From Lama guanicoe (Eukaryota), in NCBI GenBank assembly GCA_013239625.1, contig MU053994.1, positions 4,321,434 through 4,385,433 on the forward strand: a stretch of DNA of 64,000 bases, read 5' to 3'. Below are positions 1 through 11,750 of the stretch, one piece after another. The notes beneath the pieces are model-generated. The model worked only from the letters and a program-made list of their open reading frames with translations. It was not told the origin of the DNA and searched no databases. The position numbers were made by a program, and so were the translations under genes. Position 1 is the stretch's first letter, and every line of letters begins with the position of its first letter.

Positions 1-194
1 AAAAAAACATTGATATGAACCAAATTTAAGTCGCAGAAACAGACACAGAAGAATGCTTAGATTAAAAAAAATAGAACAGTTCGAATTTGCAAGTGCCCTG
101 TGCATTAACTCCCATGAGAAGCTGGAATTTATGTTATGAAAAGGGAATAATCAATCTCATACTTTAGGGTTCTGAAGTATTTTTAACTCATAAC

Positions 195-473
195 ATTTCT
201 GACACTGAATGAGAGATTTTTTTTCCTCCTGACACTAAATAGCACAGTGTCTTTTCCGACACTGTTTCTCCAAATCTCTGACACCAACTAAATATCCAGA
301 ACTTTAATTCTTGCACCAATGACCCAGAGTTAGCAGACTCCATAGCTTAAGGGCTCAATCCCACAAGCCTGACCCACTTCACACACCAGTTGCAAATATT
401 AGACTCCCAAATTACCCATACTTCTGTCTGACTTGGCTACAAATTGGGGGTTTCCATGACCCCCACCTCAGGT
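195..473 (-). mobile_element. MER21-like LTR fragment
   Basis: GAGTTAGCAGACTCCATAGCTTAAGGGCTCAATCCCACAAG...TTGGCTACAAATTGGGGGTTTCCATGACCCCCACCTCAGGT resembles the recalled MER21C consensus in reverse. Confidence 0.7.
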
Positions 474-1710
474 AAATGCTCAAAGATGAATGGGATCATG
501 TCAAAAAGATATAGAGGCTGCCTTGAAAGGGACCCTAATGGCAAAAAGTGAGACAATTTGAACATCTAAAAATTAAACAACAGTAATTTATTTTAGCAAA
601 ATGAATAAATAAAAATCTACAAGTCTATAATAACATGAAGAGAAAGAGAAAGTCTTCTTTGAAAAGTATGCCAGCTAATAAATGTAAAATTTATGACAAA
701 ATTATAAAACTACCATTTTGGAATCCCCCAGTGTAACATGTAATTCAGGAAGGATCATCAACAGATACTAAGACTATTAGATGAAAGCTATTAGGGAAGA
801 AAATATTTACATGGTGCTAAACAATGTGTTAGCCTACAGATTACTTAGAATTGCAAAGGGGGAAAACGTACTTTCTCAGTGGAGAAACTGATAATCCCCT
901 ACCTTAACCAAATGATCAAACCTAGCATCTACTAATTGTGGGACAACCTGGAATTATAAGCTTCTCGATGTCATGCAGTATGAAGTACACATCACTTAAT
1001 CAAGCTTCTAGAGCTAACATTCAGTCTGTATCACAGACCAAGAGAAGACAAGTTCAAGTATATTATGAAGAAATAATCAGACAAACCAAGCATTGGGGAC
1101 ATTCTCTAGGATAGCTGGCCTAGAATCTTGGTTGGAAGAGGTCATTGAGAGGATGTGACCACTGGTTGACATGGGAACTGGATCTGGGCAAGAAGGCTCC
1201 TCCCCTCTTCCCCTGCCCTTGAATGTACATAACGCCCACAGTTCCCACACTAGGAACTCTTTCAAGGACACAGCCCTGAGAGAGAGTAAGGTGTTGAAAC
1301 CATCTGAACAGTGTACACGAATGAACCCTGTTAAGGTTTCTACACAAATTTTTAAGATTCTCACGGGCAGGTGTGGAGGTCTGTTTGTTTTGTCATCGCC
1401 CAAGGCAAGCCTTTTATGTAAGTTCCCTTGCTTATTAAAATGGACACCTACCAATCTGGTGTTGTCTGCCTCTTTCTTTGGTCTCTCTTTGCCCTCTGTG
1501 TACAGGGGCCAGTGTGTGAATCTTCAAAGCTGATGTCATAAAAATGAGGGTGGGAAGAAGCATAAGAGTGAAATGCAAGGCATGAATCGTGATTGGACCC
1601 TGGTTTGAAAAAAGAAATTACGGTGGAAGACATTCTTGGGACAGTCAGAACAATCTTAACATGGACTTGATATCAGATCATATTATGGAATTATTTTTAA
1701 TATCTGTGGG
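474..1710 (+). mobile_element. Old L1MC-type 3' UTR, interrupted by an LTR at 1130-1517
   Basis: L1MC4-like motifs TATGCCAGCTAATAAATGT, AGTGGAGAAACTG...ACCTTAACCAAATGATCAAA and TCAGACAAACCAAGCATTGGGGACATTCT; sequence resumes after the LTR. Confidence 0.7.
1130..1517 (+). mobile_element. Solo ERV LTR, same family as 57039-57430
   Basis: Collinear with 57039-57430 (CAAGGACACAGCC, GAGTAAGGTGTTGA, TAAGATTCT, GTAAGTTCCCTT.CTTATTAAAA, TGCCTCTTTCTTTGGT); ATTAAA polyA signal. Confidence 0.75.
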
Positions 1711-2459
1711 AAATTGTTCATCAGCACTAGTAATCAAAAGTCCAAAATTTTAAATTTAGACATAATTTTGCTCCCTATTTGGTTGGCACTAATTTAAAAA
1801 TTCTAAGAATTTTAATTCTAAATGATTAAAAAGAATTTTGTTGGTGTGACAAAATGGACTCTGCAATGCATGGTATCTGTCCTCGTAAACCATTTCCAGA
1901 AACTGATCTTTGAAAAATAGTCATGGATATACACACGGAAATAATCTTATGATAACCATTCTGTATTTACAGACTCAAACAATGTTTAAGAATAGGTATT
2001 GGTTAAAGAAGGGACTAGTGTGTAGCCATTAAAAATAATTATAAAAGCATATAGTTATTGACAAGAATGGAATATATCAATGAGGTAAGAAAATGAATTA
2101 CAAAAATTGTGCAGAGTTTGAGCTCAATTTACCATATATTTATAAGAATACAATCAAGAACGCAATGATATAAAATATAAACAGTATGTATCTTTCAGGA
2201 GCAGAATTGCATTTGGCTTATTTTTGCTTATATGTATTTTTGAAATTTTCAATGTAGCATTTATTTTCATATAAGTATTTAACATTTGTTTATTGGAAGT
2301 GAGAGAGAAGCTATTTATCTATCAGTCAAAATTGTATCCTTTTTTATATTGAAAATAAGGAATTTATTAAAATTTACCTTATCTTTAATTGTGTTATTCT
2401 ACACTATTCTTACCATAAATGGATACCATAAATCAATCATGCTAAGGATATGACAGGTG

Positions 2460-2585
2460 CAGTCACACTTTGGGGCCTTTGCACTAGCTAACCCCTCCGT
2501 CTGGTATGCTCTTCTCTCAGATAACTGAATCTAAACTTTCTCACTGCCTTCAAGTCTATGCGCAAATGTCACCTCCCTATGGTTT
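2460..2585 (+). mobile_element. L2 fragment
   Basis: GGGCCTTTGCACTAGCT...GCCTTCAAGTCT...AAATGTCACCTCC, typical of the L2 3' region. Confidence 0.6.
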
Positions 2586-2959
2586 AATTTAAAATGTCTT
2601 ATTCAATACTTAAGTGTTCTGTTTTTTTCTTGCTTTCATGCTGAGAAAAATCACTCCTTTTTTTTTTTTCTAGGTCTTGCTCTCTGTTAGTTTTTCTTTT
2701 TGATTTTTTCTCCCCAACCAGACATCTTCTTGGGAGGCATATCAAAGAGTTTAAAATTCAGATAATAAAGTAGAAAATTTATCCCCAGTGAATAAAAACT
2801 ATACCACTGTTATTATGTTTGCAAAATTTCAGCTAATTCTGCCTACTAACACTATATGACTCAGCTGACCAGGGACAACTTACACCTGTTTGTATCAAAA
2901 ATACTGAGAACAAAAAAGATACATTGGTTTTGGCGTTGGTAAGCAGTATTTCTACTTAT

Positions 2960-3982
2960 ATAATTTATCTATTGTAATGTAGGGACAAATAAACTTGTTC
3001 TCTACCCTCTCAGGTTCATTACCTGGGGCCTGTGAATTAAACTAACAAAAGACAGATTAGCAAGAGAAAAAAAGTTTATTTCTGCGTGCAACATTGCATA
3101 CACACAGGAGTACTCAGTGCTGAGTAACTCAAAGGAGTAGTTAGAACTGGGGTTTATATACTATCTTAATAGGTGAAAGGGAGGGGAAGGAAAGGCACTT
3201 AGGGGAAAACAAATGACTTTTTTGAAAGATAAATGGGCCCGTAGGAGAACAGATGGGAGATATGATAGGCTTGTGATAATGTGTTTGGGTATGGGGCTGA
3301 CATCTTGTCTCCTGCTCCTGGGGAGGGAATGTTAACAATTGAGTTGTTTTGAGTTCTTTTGGCAGGCTCTGTTCCTAGGTAGACAAGGGAAGCTCTGAGA
3401 AAGCTTCTTTCTGCATCTGTTGAGTCTCAGTTACCTTCAGGTCAAAAGAATCCTGATGCAAAAGTAGCATATTTTGGGGTGGCATATCCTCATCTGCTTC
3501 AACAGAAAACCACCCCCAAATTTAGTGATTTTAAATAACAACAAAATATTATTTCTTACCGTTCTGTGGGTTCGCGGGGCAGTCCTTCTACTGGTTTCAC
3601 CTGAGCTCGCTCATGCAGTTGCTGTCAGCTGGTCCACTGGTTGGGCTGCAAGCATCTCCACTTATAGGTCTTGCAGCTGGTCCTGGTTATCATCTGGGGC
3701 ACCTTGGTTCTCATCCTCAAATAGAATAATTTCCTTATGTAATCGTCCCATTGTAGCATTCTGAGAGAGTCAGCATACAATCTACCAGATCTCTTAAGGC
3801 CAGCCTATGCCTGCAACTGGCACAGTGTCACTACCATTGTATCTATTAGTCAATTAAGTCATAGGGTCAGTCCAGACTCAAGAAAATAGGGAGAAGATTC
3901 CATCTCTTGGTGGGAAGAGTGGAAAATCTACATTGCAAAAGAGCATAAGAGAACATGTGACTGTCTTTGACAATCTACCACA
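2960..3982 (-). mobile_element. MLT1 (MaLR) solo LTR split by an ERV1 LTR
   Basis: TTATCTATTG...AAACCACCCCCAAATTTAGTG on either side of the insert; ends CAATCTACCACA. Confidence 0.7.
2978..3501 (-). mobile_element. ERV1-class solo LTR (MER34/MER39-like)
   Basis: TG...CA termini; minus strand starts TGAAGCAGATGAGGATATGCCACCCCAAAATATGCTACTTTTGCAT, typical of this LTR group. Confidence 0.75.
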
Positions 3983-4363
3983 CCACTTGAAGACACTGTT
4001 CATTTTGGGGGGGAAATTGGACCGTTTTTCACTTTCAGCTTAATGAATGAAATAAGAGTTTTGAGTTAAATGACATTTTCTTTCTGATTTATTTCAGATG
4101 CATATCTGTATCACTTAATAAGTGGTATAAACTATACCAACAAAGTCTGTTTAAATTAAAGAATATGTGAAAAAGGATATTGTATAGCTTTCAGAAACTC
4201 CAGATGGAGCTTGGAAGCCCCATGGTCAAGAAAAATGTCCCAAATCATGCTCCATGGAGCACAGCACTGGCCATGCTGCTGGAAGCTGACAGTAAGAATT
4301 GCCTCTGGAGAGAGAAAATGGGGGCCACGGCTACTGCCCCCACTTGCTGGGTGGGAGTCACAT

Positions 4364-4960
4364 GACTCATCATTCAGCAAGTGATGACAGATTGCTTAGC
4401 TCGCCAGACATGGAGTGATCTAGACTCCAGGTTACAGCTGGGTCAAGAAACCCTTCAGGCTCCCATGGAGCTCACATTCCAGTGGCAGGAAATAGATAAT
4501 AAACTATACACATGATAAATAAGTTAATTATCTATTATGTTAGGAAATGATGGAGAGTATGGAGAAATAGAGAAAAATGGAGGTCAGGGCAAGGGCGATC
4601 AGAAGGGGTGGGGATGGACAGTGCTCTGAGGGAATGACTTTTGACCAAACACTTGAAGGGGGTGAAGAGGCTCTTGATGCAGAGACATACAGGAAGAGCC
4701 TCCCAGAAGAAGAAAACAGCCGAAGGTGTGTATGTACCTGGCATATCTGCAGATCACAGAGGAGGCCAGCGTGGCTGGAAGAGCATGAGTGCAAGGGAGA
4801 AGTGAGAGTCACACTCAGATCAGTGAGAGGGGAGCTGCTATCACACAGAAACTCTGAAAGCACTGACCGGGCTTTGGCTCTTCCTCTAAAGTGAGGAGCC
4901 ATCGCCAGGTTTTGAAGGGAGACATGACATGGACAGACTTACCTTTTGACAGAATATGCT
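4364..4960 (-). mobile_element. L2 (L2a-like) 3' portion
   Basis: CCCATGGAGCTCACATTCCAGTGG, GACTTTTGACCAAACACTTGAAGG, GAGGAGGCCAGCGTGGCTGGA, GAGCCATCGCCAGGTTTTGA. Confidence 0.8.
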
Positions 4961-5059
4961 CTTTCTTCAGATTATTAGTTTCCGATCAATATGTGAAACA
5001 AATAATGGTGTAAGAGTGAAAGGAAAACTACCAAGTTAATTCAAAACAACACTAGAGAC

Positions 5060-5770
5060 AAAGAATATCTTTGTCACCCGTGGGTGGGCAGATAGAATAA
5101 ACAAAACCCTCAAAAATCACAGACCATGAAGCGAAAACTGATGAGTTTGATTACCTCAGAATTAAGTACTTCTGTTCAGTGAGGTGCATCATAGAAAAAT
5201 TACCGGATAGATTACACATAGGAGGAGACAGTGGTCGTGCCTAAAAGTGAGGAGTGCTTCAGACTGTACAAGGAGCTCCTGTAAAACAGCTGGGAAAATA
5301 ATGGAAATCTCAATTTTGAAAATGGGCAAACGGTATGAGCAGACAATACACAGAATACGAAATCGTAAAATCTTATAAGTAAATGAAGAGAAGTTTGAAA
5401 TCATAGGCGATCTGAGAAATGAAAATTCAAACCAACCATGAGGGTAGGGTGTAGCTCAGTGGTGGAGTGCATGTTTAGCAGGCATGAAGTCCTGGGTTCA
5501 ATCCCCAGTACCTCCAATAACAGCAATAACCAAAAAACCCATCATGGGACATTGCTTCAGCCTGGTGACTGGCATCATTTAGAAAGTTGGATGATATCAA
5601 ATATTGTCAGGGAGGTGGGACTACAGCAACCCTGGGCATTGCTGATGGGTATGTGTGCTGTGTCACCATTCTGGAGAGGGATCCAGCGATACTTAGTTAA
5701 ATTTCATACATACTTAACCAGCAATTTTGTTCCAAGGGATATATTCCAGAAAAATTTCTTTCTTGGTAGA
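5060..5770 (+). mobile_element. Degenerate old L1M ORF2/3' fragment hosting a SINE
   Basis: GAAAATGGGCAAA...ATGAGCAGACAAT, GAGAAATGAAAATTCAAACC, ATTGCTGATGGG. Confidence 0.55.
5441..5533 (+). mobile_element. tRNA-derived SINE (Vic-1-like), short form
   Basis: Pol III A box TAGCTCAGTGG and B box GGGTTCAATCCC; A-rich tail; approximate TSD AAACCAACCATG/AAACCCATCATG. Confidence 0.85.
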
Positions 5771-6939
5771 GAAATGTACAAGTCCAAAATGTCCAAAATT
5801 TATCAAAATGTCCAAGTAAACCTATAGTACTCAGGCAAGAGAGGAGAAGGCTGGAGGCAAAGAACTCCCCAAGTGTCCTCTTGTCCCCATCCAGCCCCGA
5901 TGGAGACTCATAAATGGGGTCCTTAGAAGCACAAACAGAAAACTATTCCCCACCACCAGTGCATGGGTTTTGAGAATCCTAAAGGAAGCTCCAAAACACG
6001 AATAAGCAGATGTAAGGAATTACATGTTATAAGATTGTCCCGTGTCCAGAGAGAGTAAGTGGATAAGCCAGCCAGTGAGTCCTGGGAGCTACACGTTCGG
6101 GTGGCTGGGAGGCCTTGTACCACCCACCTAACCTCTTGCTGAGTGGAGGATGCTCAGGATTTGTCCTGCTTCAGTGACTTGCTCAGCCCGATTCTCACCT
6201 CTTCCCCTTCGTAGCCGAGCCTGTGTCCGTAAAACAGTGCAATTTTTCCTTCCACAGTAAAATATTGGGACACATCATTTAACTGTCTTCCTCCTTCAAA
6301 TGCTGCAATTCTACCTTCTCAGACAGGAAGGAGGAGACCGGGAAGGGGAATATTATCAACTCCAGCAACCCTTTCAAATTCACAGGGATTTGCTTTAGGC
6401 GACGACTTTGCTTAGCAGAGGGATCAGAGCAGCTCACTTTTGCAGACAGCTTGTTTGTTGCTGTGAGAGGCTTTCAAGAGGAAAGTGGACCTTGCTAGAC
6501 TGTGTGAAAATCCGGTTAGCTGAGCCAATCGTGGATCCCTTCACTGGACTGAACTTACTTGACATTATTGCTTATCACTGTCTCACGTCCGGGTCAGATC
6601 TTTCTGCCCCCAGAGAGCCAGATGTTCTCACCGCTGGCTTTCTTTCACCCTTTCTCCCTTTCTCGCCACCCCCATCCCTACCTCCATCCTTCTTTCTCCT
6701 TTCCCTTCATCTCACAGCGACTGTGAAAATGGCTTTTCTCAGCACTTTAACAAGCAAAGACATTAAGAGTTACTCGGTTACCAGTATCCACTGCAGAGCC
6801 TGGGGACTTTGTCTCTAAGTGCTGTGTACCTGAGCCCCAAGTAGGAAAGGCACTGGTGAGAGGACTCTTACTCCAGTTTGCAATTTTGAATTAAAAAAGT
6901 GGTCAAGAGACAGTGGGAAATTGTCCATCTTTCAGGATT

Positions 6940-9011
6940 TCTATTTTTTCGGTTTCTTTGTTTGCCTTGCTTTGACATGAGTGGAAATTGCCTTTAGTGT
7001 TTTCCCATTAAATAAGCTAATGGTTTCAGAATGAAGGTGTATATATATGCATCTTAGTTAAGAAAGTATCCTTCAATTCTTATTTTATTGAGAGGTTTTT
7101 AAATTTTGTCAGTGGCTTTGTCAGCATCTATGGAGATAATTACATGCATTTTTCTTTTTTTTTTTTTTGGTCAATATACTAATCTGGTATATAATACTAA
7201 TGGATTTCTTAATATTGACCTATTTTCCTGCAATATATCCCACTCAGTCATGGTGTGTTATTTTTCTCACTGTAATGCTGGGGCTTGTTTGCTAATATTT
7301 TATCTTTTTTTTTTCATACTTGCATTCTTGAGTGATACGGGCTCCTACTTTTCATTCTTGTATTGTCTTTATTGGGTTTTGCATCATGACTGGAATTAGG
7401 AAGTTTTCCTTTATTCTTGATGCTCTAGAATAATACACAGAGAATTGGAATAATATATGGAACGTCAAAAATTATCTTTAAGGGTTTGATAGAATCTCTC
7501 TGGGAAAACATCTTGGCTTTGCTCTTTTCTGTGGGGATATTCCTTAATGATTTTCTGTCTTTCTATGGAAATTGATCTTTCCAAGTCTAAAGACCTATAT
7601 TTTGGTAACATGTGTTTCCCTAGGAAATTATCCATTTAATCTAGATTTTCAAATTCATTTCTACAGTCTCCAAAGTAGTCTCTTACAATTTCTAAAAAAT
7701 AATTTCTTCTGTTTCAATGGTTGTTTCTTGCCATTTTTTACTTTATGTATTTCTGCTTTATCTCTTTGTTTTTGAACAAGTTAGCTAGTAATGTGTCTCT
7801 TTTGTTATTTTTCTTTAAAAATGGGATTTTATTAATGAGGTCTATTGCCTTCTAGTCTCAGTCTCTGCTTGTTCTTTCTTTTGGTTTACTTTATTCTTTT
7901 CACCATATTTTTTAAATCTATGAATTTTCCTGTGATTACTGCTTTAAATGTAGTCCATAGATGCTGATATGTACTGTTTTCATTACACATTTTTGTATTA
8001 TTTTTTGAAATGTATTTGATTTACAATGTTAGTTTCAGGTGTCACAGCATAGTGATTTGATATTATTATAGGTTCTACTCCAAAGTTATTTTAAAATAAT
8101 GGCTATACTTTCCTGTGCTGTACAATAGATCTTTGTTGCTTATTTATTTTATACAGAGTAGTCTGTATCTCTTAATCTCATGCCCCTATCTCACCCCTTC
8201 CCCCTTCCCTCTCCCCACTGATACCCACTAGTTTGTTCTCTATATCCATGAGTCTGTCTTCTATAATTTCAGTCTGTGTTTCCCCTTCACCCAGCAGTTA
8301 ATAGAAAACTTTTTCATTTCCAGGTGGAAGAAACAATTTGTTTTGCTTATTTGTTTGTTCGTTTTTTTGCTCATAATTTCCAGCTTTATTGTATTGTGAT
8401 TGGATATGCTATTTGTAATATTTCTACACACTGGAAATTACTGATTTTTTCGTTGTGACCAAATATATGATCAGATTTTGTCAATGTGTCACGAATGCTT
8501 GAGCGGAAGGTATATCAGGATGTGTAGTTCTATATACATTTACAACATCTACCTTCTTCATTATTTTGTTCAGGTAATTCTATCTTCTTATGTATTACTT
8601 GTCCATTTGATCTGTCTTATACTGAGAGTGTTATAGTAATGTCTTTCATTATTAGTGTGTGTTTACATATGTTTCCTTGCATGTTTTGAAGTTTTTGTTT
8701 CCTAAATGTGGTTGCTATGTAATTTAGTGCATCAATGTTCATATTCATTGTTTTCAATTTTGTATGATGGCTTTGAGCACAAAAAATATCCTTTGTCACA
8801 TTTAATGCTTTGGGGCTTGAATTAAACTTTGCCTGATATCAGCATCTCTATTTCTGCTTTCTTTTTGTTTCCTTCTACTTAGTAGATCTTTCTTATTCCT
8901 TCCTCTTCAGCTTTCTGAGTCACTTAGTTGTAGGTGTACTTCATGTTCAAGGCATATAGTTTGACTGCGTTTTGTGAGACAATTAAAAATATTATTCTTT
9001 TAATAAATGAG
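6940..9011 (-). mobile_element. Old L1M ORF2 remnant, interrupted by a younger L1 3' end
   Basis: T-rich antisense L1 sequence: TTTGTCAGCATCTATGGAGATAAT, TTTATTGTATTGTGATTGGA, GCCTGATATCAGCAT. Confidence 0.7.
8000..8262 (-). mobile_element. Younger L1 3' end (artiodactyl type)
   Basis: TTGATTTACAATGTTAGTTTCAGGTG, TTCCTGTGCTGTACAATAG, TAGTTTGTTCTCTATATCCATGAGTCTG; homologous to 38363-38939. Confidence 0.85.
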
Positions 9012-11150
9012 TGTATTAGTTATCTATTGGTAAACAAACGGATAACTCCACAACTTAGCAGCTTAAAATAACAAACACATATTATGGTGCAGTTTCTATG
9101 GATCAAGAATCAGGGAGTCACTTAGATGGGATCCTCTGTGTCACGGTCTCCCACAGGACTGCTGGCCAGGGCTACAGTCATCTCAAGGTCCAACTGAGGA
9201 AGAAGTCACTTCCAAGTTCTTGAAGTTGTTGTCAGGCCTCAGGTCCTTGATAGCTGTTGGCTGGCAATTTCAATTCCTTGTCACGTGAGCCTCTGTCTCT
9301 ATAGGGCAATTCACAACATGGCAGCTGTCTTCTTTCAGAAACAGTGATAAAGAGTAAGTGAGATAGTTTTGTACCCTAATCTTGGAAGTGACATCCCTTT
9401 ACTTTTGCTCATTAGAAGCTAGTCCTAAGGTTAGCTTACACTTAAAGGGCAGGAATTATCTGGGGACTTGACTATCAGGAGGAAGCAGGGCTCTCTGGGG
9501 GCATCTTTGAGGCTGCCTACCACAATATGCCCTCTGGCCCTTAATGATTCACTTCCCTTCCATGTGCAAAATACACTCACTCCCATCCTCTCAAGGTCCT
9601 CAGAGTTCATAAACTATTACAGTACCAACTCAAAGTTCAGAATTTCATCATCTCAATCAGGTCCAGGTGCAGCAACTTGGGTATAGTTTCTTTTGTTCTG
9701 TAGCTCTGTAGAAACAAAGAGACAAGTTTTCTTCACCCCAGCATACTCAACGTAATTGTGAGACATGCATAGGATAAATGCTGTACATATTTCTATTTAA
9801 AATGTGGAGGAGGGAAATGGGAAACATAAAGGAGTCACTGGTTCACAGAGATTCTGAAATCTAGCCAGGCAAATGTTGGATGTTCCTTGATTAGGCTTGT
9901 ATGCCATTTGCCTGACATTTGGGTTCACCCTCTGAGTCAGCATTTGCAGCTTAGTGGTTTTCTCAGCCTGCTCCCTACCAGTAGAATTTTGGGAATCCAA
10001 AAGCCTCTTTTCATTTTGTTTTCTCTCTGTCCCTTATGATTTGAACTGGTAATGTTTTCGTTGATGCAGTTTTCTCATTAAGTCTATGGGTCTTCTGTAA
10101 ATTTCATTGGGATTCACTCCATTAAAGAAAAGCCACACCTACAAATCTCTTTGAGATAAATCTTTCTCTATCTTGTGCTGAGTGGCTACGGGACAACACA
10201 CTTAAGGTTTGGTTTTAAGAATCTGTGAGGTACAACACCCTCAATCTCTCTTTTTTTTAAATTAGAATTTATTTTATTTCATTTGGGGGGGGCAGAAATT
10301 AGGTTTATTGATTGAACCCAGGACCTCATGCATGCTAGGCATTCACTCCACCCCTGAGCTATACTCTCCCCCACTACCCTTAATCTCTTTAAAGGGCCTT
10401 GTGTGACTGAAAATAACTCTAAAGCTCTAAATGGTACCTTTGATATTTCTTAAATATTGACAAGGGATTTTACAGTCACACCCTTGACTTCATTTTTAGA
10501 CTATGTTTTCCCAGAAGTGCCCTGGATTTGCTCTTTGTTCAGAGCCATTTCTTAATTTTAACATTGTTCACCATTCGGAAAAGTTGAGGATTTTCAAAAC
10601 CACGAGTCCTCACTCCTTTTCTTAAACAGTGGTTCCCTCAGTGTATCTCTCTCCTCTCGCATTTTATTATAAACAGCAAGAAGTAACCAGGTGGCAACTT
10701 CAACATTTTGCTTAGTGATAGCCTTAGGTAGACCATCCAGTTCCTTAGATACATTTTCTACTTTCCACAGAACTGTAGACAACAGCTACATTCTGCGACT
10801 ATATCACAAGTTTCCAATAACATTTTTTCTCACTTTCTCTTGAGCCTTCACTAGCATCTTCTTCAAAGTCCAAAATTTTACAGTGTGTTCAAGGCATTTT
10901 AAACATTCACTGACACTCTTCTCAAGTTTGCTGCCCTGTTTCAATGCCATGCTCATCTTTTACTTATTTGTTATGGCAGTACCAGACTTCCAAGTACAAA
11001 AATCTGCACTCACTATCTATTGCTATATAGCAAATTGCCCTAGAAGTTAGTGGCTTAAAACCACACACATTTTTAAAAAATCCTGGCATGGACTAGCTGG
11101 ATGCCTCTAGTTCAAGATCACTCACAAGGCTCTAATCAAGTTGTAGATGG
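9012..11150 (-). mobile_element. MLT1 (MaLR) provirus: full LTR 9012-9524, internal region 9525-11004, partial second LTR from 11005
   Basis: LTR TGTATTAGTTATCTATTG...GCCTACCACA; second LTR start TGCACTCACTATCTATTGC next to the MaLR-int junction; internal ORF remnant at 10594-10782 (AITKQNVEVATWLLLAVYNKMREER) resembles the MaLR gag-like ORF. Confidence 0.8.
10250..10372 (-). mobile_element. Vic-1-like SINE, long-tail form with internal deletion
   Basis: Antisense A and B boxes (CTGAGCTATA, ATTGAACCC); TSD ACCCT(C/T)AATCTCT at 10237-10249 and 10376-10388. Confidence 0.85.
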
Positions 11151-11223
11151 GTTTAACTCACTGTGGTAGGTAGCTCCTCATGATATGAATATTATTCTTA
11201 CCTTTTTTCTGTCATTCATTTTT

Positions 11224-11330
11224 AATTTTATTTTTTTATTTTAATTTTTTAATGGAGGTACTGGGGAACTGAACCCAGGACCTCGTGCATGTTAAGCATG
11301 TGCTCTACCACTGAGCTCTACCCTCCCCCT
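11224..11330 (-). mobile_element. Vic-1-like SINE, short form
   Basis: ATGGAGGTACTGGGGAACTGAACCCAGGACCTC...CTACCACTGAGCT; TSD CTG(T/C)CATTCATTTTT at 11209-11223 and 11336-11350. Confidence 0.9.
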
Positions 11331-11690
11331 GCCACCTGCCATTCATTTTTACTACTTTATCTCTTATCCATTTTACTCCTTTCTTTATCTCTTCTCATTG
11401 TCTTGATTGTTTTCTTGTCTCTTCAATCCCCCTTATGAAATTTCACTTGAATCTATTCTACCTTGAGTATCTTATCATTGATTCTTTATTTCTGAGGTAA
11501 TTTTATCTTTTCTTTAATTATTTCCTGAACTGCCAACTCTCTTTCCATATCTACCTGATTTTTTACTATCTCCTTTCTTAGTTTTTAAATTTCATACAAG
11601 GTGGTTTTTCATATCCTCAAATATATGTTTGATTTGATTTAATTCTTACAGTTTTCTTCTGCTTTATGGTTCTTTTTCCTATGGGAACTT

Positions 11691-11750
11691 TTCCTCACAT
11701 GTGTGAAATTCCCCTCGTATGTGTGAAAATTTCCTCATATGTGTGAAATT
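11691..11750. repeat. 20-bp tandem repeat, 3 copies
   Basis: TTCCTCACATGTGTGAAATT / CCCCTCGTATGTGTGAAAAT / TTCCTCATATGTGTGAAATT. Confidence 0.85.

Noticed and set aside
5441..5515. Functional tRNA gene (also the five other copies)
   Set aside because: A and B boxes are present, but mismatched stems, A-tails and TSDs identify them as SINEs.
11691..11750. CRISPR-like array
   Set aside because: There are no spacers, the context is mammalian, and it is a simple tandem repeat.
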